DNA from: Rotaria sp.
Taxonomy: Eukaryota
NCBI GenBank assembly: GCA_905330235.1
Contig: CAJNUA010000035.1
Span: 212,831 to 238,697 of the forward strand
Direction: 5' to 3'
Length of the DNA: 25,867 bases
Shown here: positions 1 to 9,551 of the stretch, piece after piece
Layout: every line of letters starts with the position of its first letter
Numbering within the stretch: position 1 is the stretch's first letter
Notes under the pieces: model-generated
The model's database searches: none
Seen by the model: the letters and a program-made list of their open reading frames with translations, nothing else
Told to the model about the DNA's origin: nothing
Translations under genes and position numbers: made by a program

Positions 1-442
1 GCTTTTGAACATCAGATCTAACTCTCAACCTAGTATCTCAGTGAAATGGGGTCTAACTGCTGTTAACCAGAAAACATGGACTGTATTATTGGTAAAGTAT
101 GGAGGCGTAAGTGAGCTCCAAATTTGGAGTTTACGTGTGGAGCTCATTTTTTATGACCGGTTATGTGTACTTCAAAAAGAAAAAAACTAATTTATGACAC
201 ATTGATTTTGATCAAAGTGTCTAAAAACAATCATCCTTGAACGCACTAAGAAACTGCCCCTTAGGTCCTATCGATGCTCTCTTTTTGTTCCATAGAACGC
301 GGTAAGGAGTTAGTTTCAAAGCCTTTATTTGCATACATGAAAACTTGTTTATTTTAATTAATTATTTTGATGAGTTTATGGAACCTTCCTTCATTTTCAA
401 GTTTGATAAAATCTGGAAGTATCGCTTCTCTGATAGGAAAAT

Positions 443-500
443 GGGTGTGGGTGTGGGTGTGAGTAATATCTTTGAATACATCCGTACTCACACCCTCATC
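443..500. repeat. (GGGTGT)3 microsatellite followed by an inverted copy (gggtgtgagta / tactcacaccc, 11-bp perfect stem, about 22-nt loop); the 14-mer ccgtactcacaccc recurs at 1441-1454
   Basis: Direct reading of the sequence. gggtgtgggtgtgggtgtgagta is at 443-465 and its reverse complement tactcacaccc is at 486-496. The identical 14-mer occurs at 482-495 and 1441-1454. Confidence 0.6.
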
Positions 501-2111
501 CATACCCCTGTTAAAGTGGCTTACTTTCACTGTAAACTTTAATACTTTATTAAAGTGTTTTTAAAGTTAATGCATCACTCCTAATTCGTATTTGTTTTTA
601 TACCATCAACCATTATGTTGACATTTGGATATGCAACTGTACAAAATGTGAGAAAATTACTTTGTCCAATTGTATCGACGATTGGTTCACATAGAACAGG
701 AATGACAATGAAAAAGATTGACCGATAATTGATTCAAATGTCAATTGTTCAAATTATTCTATTAACGCTACTCAACATCTAATTGACTGTTTAACGTCTC
801 TACTTGACCTCGGCATTAAATGTTCAAAAAAGTTTATTAAGATCTACAATCGAAAATTTTTGTTTTCAGCTATTTTACCTTCTGAGCTTTATGATTTTTG
901 GAATGCCATTTTATATTTACACGTTAATCGGAACAGTTTTTAGAAATGATTGTATGAATTGAGTTCGATCCGTTTATCGAAAAGTGAAAATTGCAGCATT
1001 TTAAACATTAAAGAGTGATTGTATTCATAATTCTTTTGTGAAACACGCTCGTTAATAAATGTGGAAGTGTATATAGCAAGAGTCTTCGTTGGCGATTCAA
1101 TCATCTACAGTGTGTTTCACATTATAATCCCGCGTGAATTGCGCTGAAAACTTTTTCACTATAGTCATTACTGTAAGTGTGATGTGAAAGTTGGTCTTGT
1201 TACTAAATCTTGTAAACTTTAATTGATAAAAATTCCATCAAAGAAAAATAAACATACAATCTTCTGTTATTGTACTTAGTGTTCTACACTTCTAAAATCT
1301 GAACGAGCGTTCAACATTTTATAAGTTATTATTAGTGATTGTATAACGTAAGATTCCTATTGTAAGGGCATATGAAAGCATACGAATATCTTACTATAGG
1401 GTGTACAGTATGACTTTTTTTTCTCCTTTTACACCCAAACCCGTACTCACACCCATTTGTAGAAGCAAAGAAATCGGCTTCTTTTTATGCTAGTATTGGT
1501 CGAGAGATCAACTCAAAAATGATGTGAATGTTATCGAAAAATAAATCACATTCACACCCTCGAATAGTGAATAGACTTATGGTTTAATCAAGAAAAAACT
1601 AGCTTTTTCTGTCATGTTCTCCTGCTTATGCTAAAGAATGAAATACACAATCTATTTTTATAAATACTGCCTAATGACCTAATGTTATATTGATAAACAC
1701 GAAGTATTCGAATCAGTACTTTTGACTTGTAGAAAAAGAACAAAAGCCTTAAAAAAATGTACACATTCACGCAACACAAACTCGAAATGCCCTTTGCTCA
1801 ATTCATTATACAGAATGAAGAATATTACATGTAAATAAGCAACTGACAAAATAAAATATGCCATCATACAAAAACTAATTCATAGCAGCAATCGAAATCC
1901 CTGGGACATCTTTATTATGCTCGATACAACTTTATTCTTGTGTTGAGTGTGCGGTAAAGTCTTGTAATCTGTATTTCAGTAATAGTAATAATCGAGAATA
2001 GCGTTAATGATTTTGATCAAAATCTCTTTATTTTAGGTGAAGAATAAATAATGTTGAAAAGTTTCACGATTAGAATAATAAAAAAGAATAAATGTCGTTC
2101 GGAATCATTTC

Positions 2112-2239
2112 TTAATTATTGCCACGGTCGGCACCGATAAGAATACGCCGAATAAACATGTTCCACGATGGAACGTTCAGTTCTAATTGTCTACAATATA
2201 TACTATTACGTTGGCATGCTAATTGATAGAATTTGATCG
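2112..2239 (-). CDS. VWA5A: VWA5A-like C-terminal domain protein, putative terminal exon (…AIKFYQLACQRNSIYCRQLELNVPSWNMFIRRILIGADRGNN*); TAA stop at 2112-2114
   Basis: This is the only acceptor I found (gacaaag|CG at 2240/2239) that keeps phase 1 from the upstream exon and gives an open frame to the TAA. Its pyrimidine tract is weak. An alternative acceptor, gctaag|GTT at 2291, is phase 0 and does not fit the upstream exon. Weak similarity to the VWA5A C-terminus (KAAITFLK…). Confidence 0.3.
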
Positions 2240-2354
2240 CTTTGTCAATTTGTTCGCTCATGTTAGTAGGTAAATAGTTGCAAAGACGAACCTTAGCAAG
2301 AGATAGACATTAGAGTAGGGTAAATGAAAAGATTGAACAAAAAAGAACGACTCA

Positions 2355-2483
2355 CTTTGATTTGTTCACTGTTAAATAAAAAGTCGAACGTATTTTGTTG
2401 TGAAGCTTCCGTTTGAAGAACGAGCCAAAGGAGAATGACACCCGTACCAATCAAACACAGAATGTCGTTACGTATGTTTACAG
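2355..2483 (-). CDS. VWA5A: VWA5A-like C-terminal domain protein, internal exon (AVNIRNDILCLIGTGVILLWLVLQTEASQQNTFDFLFNSEQIK)
   Basis: Acceptor ttgttag|CT ends at 2484 and the consensus donor AAAG|gtgagt is at 2354-2353. The exon enters and leaves in phase 1. The frame matches ORF 2293..2490. I remember it as similar to the VWA5A C-terminus (…WATILAVIWL…EWELLERK…). Confidence 0.65.
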
Positions 2484-2539
2484 CTAACAAAATTAAAGCT
2501 CGTGTCTTTGTACGTTTACAAGAAATTATTCGATCTTAC

Positions 2540-2648
2540 CGAGTGAATTAAAACCTTGTTCGTATAAATAGCGTTCAAGGCCATTGAAAGTATCAAGATT
2601 GATGTGAAGTACATCAGCTAAATCTTTATTCAACGTAAATGAGCCGTC
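2540..2648 (-). CDS. VWA5A: VWA5A-like C-terminal domain protein, internal exon (DGSFTLNKDLADVLHINLDTFNGLERYLYEQGFNSLG)
   Basis: Acceptor atctag|GAC and donor CTCG|gtaaga at 2539-2534. It enters in phase 0 and leaves in phase 1. The peptide aligns to the VWA5A motif NANGSWDLNEDLAKILGMSLEEI. Confidence 0.7.
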
Positions 2649-2708
2649 CTAGATTCGAATCGAATGAAAAAACAATAAATAACTAATGAAGTTTCGTTAT
2701 GATTCTAC

Positions 2709-2810
2709 CTGGGATTGAAGTTTAATAAGTTCTTCAATCATTGTTTTTGTTGATCGAATATCTTTCAGTTTACTGAGAAGTGGAGCATCAACATTTTGAC
2801 CTGAATTCAT
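2709..2810 (-). CDS. VWA5A: VWA5A-like C-terminal domain protein, first or internal exon (MNSGQNVDAPLLSKLKDIRSTKTMIEELIKLQSQ)
   Basis: ATG at 2810-2808 with an in-frame TAA three codons upstream; donor CAG|gtagaa at 2708. An in-frame phase-1 acceptor tcag|GT also exists at 2801/2800, so the exon could instead be internal (2709..2800) and spliced to upstream exons. Aligns to VWA5A …ENHLVQLIYHQNANGS…. Confidence 0.6.
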
Positions 2811-3050
2811 ATAGAGTTACTATTGCAGTATATCTCACAAACCATAACAAGAGATAAATTACCGAATGAGGTAATAAAGTCACTGCAAAAGTTGTGTGTT
2901 AAATTTTCAGTTTGACCATCAAGCTGACAAAGGACAAAAAATGAACAATCGAACTATGAGAAGACAATATAATACGAACCATATACAATGCATCACTAGG
3001 CGTGCGATCATAAACTACAAAATAAAAACAATTAAATATCATTTACCCTT

Positions 3051-3133
3051 TTAACACTGACTAGATTTAGCTGCAAAATCTGCATCGCTCTCTACATTTT
3101 GAATATGCCGTTCAATTTCATCTTTTGTGAATC
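3051..3133 (-). CDS. Hsp70-family (divergent/degenerate) gene, last exon (RFTKDEIERHIQNVESDADFAAKSSQC*)
   Basis: Acceptor tatttag|GA ends at 3134 and the TAA stop is at 3051-3053. Aligns to the Hsp70 motif GRLSKEEIERMV at the end of SBD-beta. The protein stops where the alpha-helical lid would begin. Confidence 0.7.
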
Positions 3134-3191
3134 CTAAATACATTTCAATGGTATATAATTACGATATCAAACATCGAAGTAATTATCGTAC

Positions 3192-3363
3192 TTTTCTGAT
3201 TACTGGGATCAATAGTACATGAAGCTTTGGCACCAGAACGTGCTTCCTCGGCGTCGACACGAAGTATACCGTTGGCATCGATATCCATGCAAATAGAAAT
3301 TTCGAGAGTCTGAGCAGCAAAATTGCTTGTTAGGCCAGAAAGACTGAACTCGCCCAAAAATTT
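3192..3363 (-). CDS. Hsp70-family gene, exon 5 ([57 protein letters not shown])
   Basis: Acceptor ctattatag|AAA and donor AAAA|gtacg. The match to Hsp70 SBD-beta ([36 protein letters not shown]…ITITNDKG) is unambiguous. Same frame as ORF 3145..3357. Confidence 0.85.
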
Positions 3364-3416
3364 CTATAATAGGGAAAGCTATCAAATAACATTTATATAT
3401 GTAGAACACTACACAC

Positions 3417-3663
3417 ATTGTATTTTGTCAGCCTATGTTCGCCTTCAAATATGCGAATGGTAGCTGTTTTCTGATAGGCATAAGCATTTGTGAATAATGG
3501 GCAAAGTTGAGATTTTGTTGGAATGGTTGTATTACGACGAATGAGTGTATGCATGCAACCATGAATATCTTCAATACCTAGGCCAAGTGGGCAGACACCA
3601 AAGAGCAGTAGATCGCAGAAAGATATATCAGACATTGGAATATCTCTCATTCTTGATTCAGAG
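3417..3663 (-). CDS. Hsp70-family gene, exon 4 (…[43 protein letters not shown]…[14 protein letters not shown])
   Basis: Donor AAT|gtgtgt at 3416. The acceptor is either aatttag|C (exon starts 3663) or caag|A (starts 3651). Matches Hsp70 [34 protein letters not shown]…VYEGERAMTKDN. Same frame as ORF 3393..3650. Confidence 0.8.
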
Positions 3664-3763
3664 CTAAATTTTTAGTTTATTCTTATTTGAAAAGTGATAT
3701 CAATATAGAATGATGATTAGTAATTAATCGTCGCATGCCTGTATCAAATCTTTCACAACTTAC

Positions 3764-3855
3764 ATTAATTTCATTTCTTTTCCGTAACGCCGCTTGTAAC
3801 TTGATCTTGTATTTTCCGGTACGGAGTCTAGCACACTGTCGTCATAGAATTGCTT
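3764..3855 (-). CDS. Hsp70-family gene, putative exon 3 (KQFYDDSVLDSVPENTRSSYKRRYGKEMKL)
   Basis: Acceptor cttctag|AAG with an in-frame TAG immediately upstream. Strong donor AAT|gtaagt leaves phase 2, which is what exon 4's acceptor requires. No recognisable Hsp70 motif. Confidence 0.4.
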
Positions 3856-3908
3856 CTAGAAGTGAACAAAATTTCCAAACCAAAAAGCATTTATGTTAAT
3901 GTACGCAC

Positions 3909-4036
3909 TGAGTAGACAGTAAAATCCGTTGCGGATATTTTTCTCAGCGTACGATCACGTGAGCTTCGAGATTCACGCATAGAATTCTTAGTGTGACCAC
4001 GTTCATCACCGCGTGGCGAGTCATGTAACCTTGTTT
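3909..4036 (-). CDS. Hsp70-family gene, putative exon 2 (Arg/Ser-rich: ETRLHDSPRGDERGHTKNSMRESRSSRDRTLRKISATDFTVYS)
   Basis: Acceptor tacatag|AA is compatible with the phase-1 end of exon 1. Donor TCA|gtgcgt is phase 0 and matches exon 3. The frame is open, but there is no homology support. Confidence 0.35.
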
Positions 4037-4093
4037 CTATGTACATTTTTCGTTCTCCAAAATTATCTAGGAATTAATATGATTTTAACTTAC

Positions 4094-4358
4094 CCATACT
4101 AATGGTCGACATACGTTGTGGTGCTGCAGGAGCCTGCATATAACTGCTACTATCTTGTGATCCAAACGACGCCATATCTGTTGACAGTGATATTGTTGAG
4201 CGTGATGTTGGTGGTGGCGGTGGTGGCGGTGGTGGGGGAGGAGCAGTAAAACCAAATAGAGAATTATTAGCAGTATAGGTATAGGAATTGTATCGTGATG
4301 ACAAGTCAACACCTAGAACGAACATAAACTTAGAAGGTAACACACCTGACATGTACAA
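4094..4358 (-). CDS. Hsp70-family gene, exon 1 (MYMSGVLPSKFMFVLGVDLSSRYNSYTYTANNSLFGFTAPPPPPPPPPPPTSRS…MSTISMG)
   Basis: ATG at 4358 and donor ATGG|gtaagt at 4093. GVDLSSRYNSYTY weakly resembles the Hsp70 phosphate-1 motif GIDLGTTYSCVGV. An 11-residue poly-Pro run is encoded by (GGN)n at about 4205-4245. Same frame as ORF 4074..4358. Confidence 0.5.
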
Positions 4359-6807
4359 CTGACAGTGAACGATTGAGGATAACGTTCTACAACAGACAAA
4401 GTTCTTATCATTGTTCTTTCTGCTTTAGAAAAAAATTAAGGAAAACTGTAGATGATATCGATTGGAAATGATAAATGTAATTGCTACTATTCTGAGATGA
4501 CATTGACTATCCAAATAGCAACCTTTCTATAGAATAGTCCGGTATCAGGTTTATAATAAAGATAAATTTACGGCAGTGGTCTAAATTTTAATTTCTCTAA
4601 CATTTGGTTAACAGGAATCGAATGGTTCACATTGTTGTTCCCGGTTTATGGAAAGCAAGCTAAAAACTAACTCATCAGTCGATGAATAAAGTTTCATTAA
4701 ATGTGAAAATATCAATCGAAGGTTCAAGTGAAAATTGGACCACAATGAATTCTACCACCGTCATAAAAGCAATAATGACGTGCTATAATGTTTTTATCGA
4801 TGCATCATTATTTGTTATTGATATCGATCATAAAGTCAAGTTTTTTCTGGAGCTCTAGCAGAACGAAAAGTGTCTTGAAAATATTTTGCATAACTTTTCG
4901 AAATCCGATCGAATGGAAATTGAACTGTGAGATTAAAAGTATGAAACTTTTTAACGTAAAAATTTGTATTTTTGATATTTTTCATAATCTTCTCACTGTG
5001 ATTGAGTATATAACTGCTAATTTTCATGCTTCAAACTGTCCTCTACAACAAAGGACTTTTGGTAAGGCATTAATACAAACTACGGTGCTTATCTTCCAAC
5101 TTGCTAAGTTTTTTGAAAAATCACTGTAACATTCCTATTCAAATTGAGATTATCGACTATTCTCTATCTAACAGTATTGATCCTAGGTCATGTCGGAAGA
5201 GCCAATGTCATCTTCCGGTCTGTGTGTCTTCACTTCAAAAGAAGCTAATAAATTCTACCAAACCTGTTGAAGATAACAATCATACTTTGTTGCAGTACAA
5301 TAAGCAGTTCGACTTCTGATGATATCGCTAGCATTTTTTTTCGAGTTTTTTGATCTAACAGGATAGAACAGAATGGGTTTTATGTATCACAACGCAATGT
5401 AGTATTTTATAGTTTGAACTCTTAAAAAATCTGAAACTTTCCACAAATGTTAACTAGATAGTTACCTATTTATAGACAATAAACGAGAGTAGTATGAGAC
5501 GGGACTATACATTTCATTTTAAAAGATTTTTTCCCATCAATATTGGTGACAATTTTGTCACAACAGTCGCTAAAATAGTACAGATTACATCCATTGTCGA
5601 TGTCATGGGCTTGATGGCTAAGCATCGAATTCAAACTTCAGAGTCTAACGGAATCTCACTAAGACACATTGAGAGGCGTTACTTCTCATTTGAGCTGTAT
5701 AGATGAATATCGGCGTCTATTGGTCGCACACTACATAGTGTTGGTTGAAAACTATTTTTATAAAACTACAGAGATTATATGCTAGATGATCGGTATAAGT
5801 AGTCATTCTTATGAGAAACCTGTTTAATCTCTTATTTTACGCTTCACAAATTAAGTTTCTTGCATTGATCTTCTTTGATAATTTCATTTATGAAACGATT
5901 AATTATAGCGAATATATTAAAAATATCTGTCATCTACTTCGTTCATCGTGAAAATTATGATCAATGAACAATTCATTAACAATGTATTCCAGTGTGAATG
6001 TGGATATCAGTACGAATCGTAGAAGAAGAGACTCATACCCACACATTTGAACTGTTGAAATTTATACAGTGATACTATTTAGCAAGTTGACGTTTTCAGT
6101 GCCAAAACTCTAATTATTGATATATAATTTGAATGATAGCTTTAGCCACCATCTTTGCTCGTGTTGTCAGCATTCCATAGGGTATATCTCTTCTTGATAC
6201 CATTTGTAACTGTTGAGAAAAAGTTTTTCTTGTACAAAAAAGAAGGTTTTTCTGAGGCTTTTAAGGTGTACAGTGTAACAGGCATATCTGTCTGACTTTG
6301 TAATTGATGAACGATTGGAATTTTACTGTTTACAACGTTTCGCCTTTTGCGGTTATTGCTCAACCAAATTTCACAAATAATTTACTGAGTACGACTTATG
6401 TATGTTGTTTGAATTTTTGAATGAAACATTCAACTACGAATTTCGACTAATGACAGAAGTAACCAATTAAATTAACCTATGCGATACTGAAAATGATACT
6501 CTGACAGTCAAAAGGTGCAATAAAATAGGAAAATGCATACATTTTGATTTTATTGATTGTCACTCAAAGTAGTCTCAAGATCTTAAAGGCAAGCAAACAT
6601 GTTTTACGAAAAATAAATGTGTGTTAGTTATGGCTGTGCTTTAATTATCATCAAGACAATAAACAAGGGCAAAACTATGAAAAAAGAATTGTCGACTTCT
6701 GATTGTGTAGTAAAATCCTATTATATTCAATAGATTCAAATGCAGATCGACTTTAATTCAAGGAAAGGAGTAGTATAGATACAAATAGGCAAAAATTCAA
6801 ATCTTAC

Positions 6808-6924
6808 CTCGATCTACGGTACTATTAGTGATGGGAGTCTGGCCAGGATAGTAAAATGATAATGATGATGTTGTTGTTGTTGTTGGAAAAGGAGAAGAAA
6901 TACCAGCAGCAGCAGCTCCGTATT
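6808..6924 (-). CDS. Low-complexity Q/P/S/T-rich protein, exon (EYGAAAAGISSPFPTTTTTSSLSFYYPGQTPITNSTVDR)
   Basis: Acceptor tttctag|AA and donor CGAG|gtaaga. The exon enters and leaves in phase 1, compatible with the upstream exon. Contains (TTG)5 and (GCA)4 microsatellites. Confidence 0.5.
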
Positions 6925-7003
6925 CTAGAAATCTCGATAATATTAATTCGAAAAAAAGACGGCGCTGAATGTAAAAATGAATATGGTTCTATTTGCGACT
7001 TAC

Positions 7004-7228
7004 CAGGGACATAGGCTCGTGTGGCATTATAAAAGCTACTCTCATTGTTGCGGTTGGCGTCAGAACTAAAATCTAAAAGAGAACGAAAGTCATATTTCTT
7101 GAATCGCATTAACTGACCAGATGAAAAGTTTTGTGAATAGCTACTCGAAAGCATCATTGGCATATTGATTGCATCACTCTGAGATCTAAAGGCAGGCGGA
7201 GGCAGAAATGTGGCTTGCATCTGGGGCC
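7004..7228 (-). CDS. Low-complexity Q/P/S/T-rich protein, exon (RPQMQATFLPPPAFRSQSDAINMPMMLSSSYSQNFSSGQLMRFKKYDFRSLLDFSSDANRNNESSFYNATRAYVPG)
   Basis: Acceptor cggttatag|GG and donor CCTG|gtaagt. Frame matches ORF 6825..7220. Phase 1 at both ends. Confidence 0.6.
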
Positions 7229-7344
7229 CTATAACCGAAAATGATGAGTTGTTATTGTTGTGTTGTGTGTCGTTGAGAAATATGCGCCGAAGAGTAGTTC
7301 ACTACTCGATGAACACAACGCTATTTCATGTAGCAACGTCTTAC

Positions 7345-7632
7345 TCGAAGAAGCTTGTGATGTTTCAAAAGCATTTTGAGGAATGGGGTTTTGCAGGCGT
7401 AGACTAGCAGGAGAAATTTGCACACCAGAATACGCCCCCGTTGTGCTTCCTGTTGGCGTTAAATGAGAAAAAGGCATTGACATTCCACCTCTACCTCTAG
7501 CTGCTGCTGTTTCTTGTTGCATAGGTTGTTGTTGCATACATTGTTGCTGCATAGGTTGTAGTTGTACTGGCGGAGGCCGTGGTAGAGATGATTGCCAAGG
7601 TACAGGTGGCATTGGGGGTTGATATGATGGAA
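7345..7632 (-). CDS. Low-complexity Q/P-rich protein, exon (PSYQPPMPPVPWQSSLPRPPPVQLQPMQQQCMQQQPMQQETAAARGRGG…ETSQASSS)
   Basis: Acceptor ttcttatgcttag|TT with a pyrimidine tract and an in-frame TGA further upstream. Donor TCGA|gtaaga. Frame matches ORF 7229..7612. Phase 1 at both ends. Confidence 0.6.
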
Positions 7633-9450
7633 CTAAGCATAAGAAGAAATTGAAATTTGATTGAAATTCGTATCAGCTACATATTGATAGCTTAAAAAGT
7701 AGGACGAAGGGCATTTTTTTTCTGGTCAAATTAGGCCTTTCTAATTTCCGAAAGAAACCAATGAATCCTAACAGGAATAATTAATGCAAACGACCATTCA
7801 GTTGAGAAAGACGTTCACTTAATTCTACGACAAGTCAAAATTGAAGTCTTGCTGTGGGGATTTTGAATGATTCTTTGTGTTTATTGACGTAATACAGTCA
7901 TTTCAAATTAGAATATTAGTGATTAGTTTTCGAATACATGAACAACTAAGCAACTATAGAGTTGACATTTTACTATTAGAAAGAGTAAATACTGGAACAT
8001 ATATTTATGAGATACGTTCATATTTCAGAAATTTCCACAAGCTCGATAACTACGCAACAGCCTATACCAAAAGTTTTGAGAAATATTGAAAATTTCAGAA
8101 ATTTTCTTTTTTTTGGGAGTTTAACAATTGATAAAATTTTGACCGTCTGTTCAGTTATACACACATCTGAATGCGATCAAACTGTTTTATTCACAATAAA
8201 ATCTGATGGATCTTCATGGGTACTTACAAGACGAAAAACCTCATATTTGTCAAAGACATGCCTATGCATGTATGAGCAACGAAAATTATGACTTGACATA
8301 AATGTGTGTCATGCTGATTGGTCACCGCACATTCGTATAAGAAAACGACGACAATATCCTTATTTACCGGAATGAATCTTATATAATTTAAACCTTCATT
8401 CTTGAATTTTTTTTCTCAATATAAAAAATGCAGATTTATAGCTACCCTAGTTGTTGACGCAGTTAATAATAAGATACTCCTATTTTACTTTAACATTAGG
8501 ATGACATTAGATGTTCTCGTTTACAAGATACTGAACAATATAGAAACTAATTCTTGTGCATCAGCAAAATATTCAACTGATGTTGTGTCCACTATCCAAA
8601 ACATTTTGCACATTTATTCACAACAGGAAATGTACAGCAATTGAAAAGAGCTTTCCTGATGTTCAAAATCTCAAGATCTGTATTAGTAAGCAATACATTA
8701 GTTGTGTTCAAGATCTGTCAAAGATTATTGTATTTTTTTTACAAATGCTCAAAATATCATCTTTGACTAACATTAGGATTTAGTAATGAGTTGACGAATA
8801 TCATTTCTAAAGTAAAACTCTTGCAGAATTCAAGTAATACTCAAAAAAGAAAATATTCAAAATAGCTTCCATCAGTTGATGTTAAAAATAATCCTTACAA
8901 TGTAAGAATAAGCGCATTTGATAGCAAAGAAGCATATCTATAAAGTTAATCTCATATATGACCTATTGCTGTTTGTGACATTATGTCAAAATAGTACAAG
9001 TATAGAAATATTGAAAAAAATGTAAGACAATTAGGAACTCTTGATTGTATAATAATAACCTCTTATTTTCAAAAGGACTAAATATAACTCGAATCTAGTC
9101 AAAATTGGGAATCAACATAAACATTAATAGGTCAAAATTCAGATCTTATATTCACCCGTCTTACTACCGATGTGAGCAATGGTAGAAAGCGATGTTGCAG
9201 GTATAGAACTTCGTTTTGATGACTTCTTTTCCCTTGATATGGAACTTAGCGGTGATTTACCAAGTGTCAACCTAATAGAATAAGTCGATGACTACATGAT
9301 ATATCAGAATCTTGAAAATACGAACTTTGGCGTCTTAGTAACAGATTTTTGTTGTTGTTGAATTAATTCTCGTGGCAGCCTTGGTAACGATGATGGCGGT
9401 AATTCTATAAGGTATATAATAAAATGAAGTTGATACTAATAAAAATCTTA

Positions 9451-9551
9451 CTTGTAGTCATACGTTTCTTGGCTTCTATCTCTATTCTATTAGCAGTAGA
9501 CATTGGGATTTCTTTGGCTTCGCGTTTCAAAACCAACCGAAGAAGGCTCAT
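9451..9551 (-). CDS. Candidate 5' coding exon (MSLLRLVLKREAKEIPMSTANRIEIEAKKRMTT)
   Basis: ATG at 9551 with an in-frame TAG just upstream. A 33-codon open frame ends at the strong donor ACAAG|gtaagat in phase 2. No homology. Not phase-compatible with the Q/P exon at 7632 unless unseen exons intervene. Confidence 0.2.

Noticed and set aside
109-148. Inverted repeat gagctcca…tggagctc near the start of the window
   Set aside because: The stem is only 8 bp with a 24-nt loop. A match of this size is expected by chance in AT-rich DNA of this length and has no supporting context.
2650-2667. tagattcgaatcgaatg resembling a tRNA T-arm (GGTTCGAATCC)
   Set aside because: No cloverleaf can be built, A and B boxes are absent, and it falls in the intron between two coding exons.
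4085-4312. ORF 4085..4312 (-), His/Leu-rich peptide
   Set aside because: It is an alternative frame of Hsp70-like exon 1 and reads the (GGN)n poly-Pro repeat as poly-His. The frame with the ATG at 4358 and the downstream donor is preferred.
6142-6363. ORF 6142..6363 (-), basic peptide starting at TTG
   Set aside because: As a whole ORF it has no proper start. Only its 3' part (about 6142-6200), after the acceptor ttttctcaacag|, is kept as a possible alternative terminal exon and is mentioned in findings.
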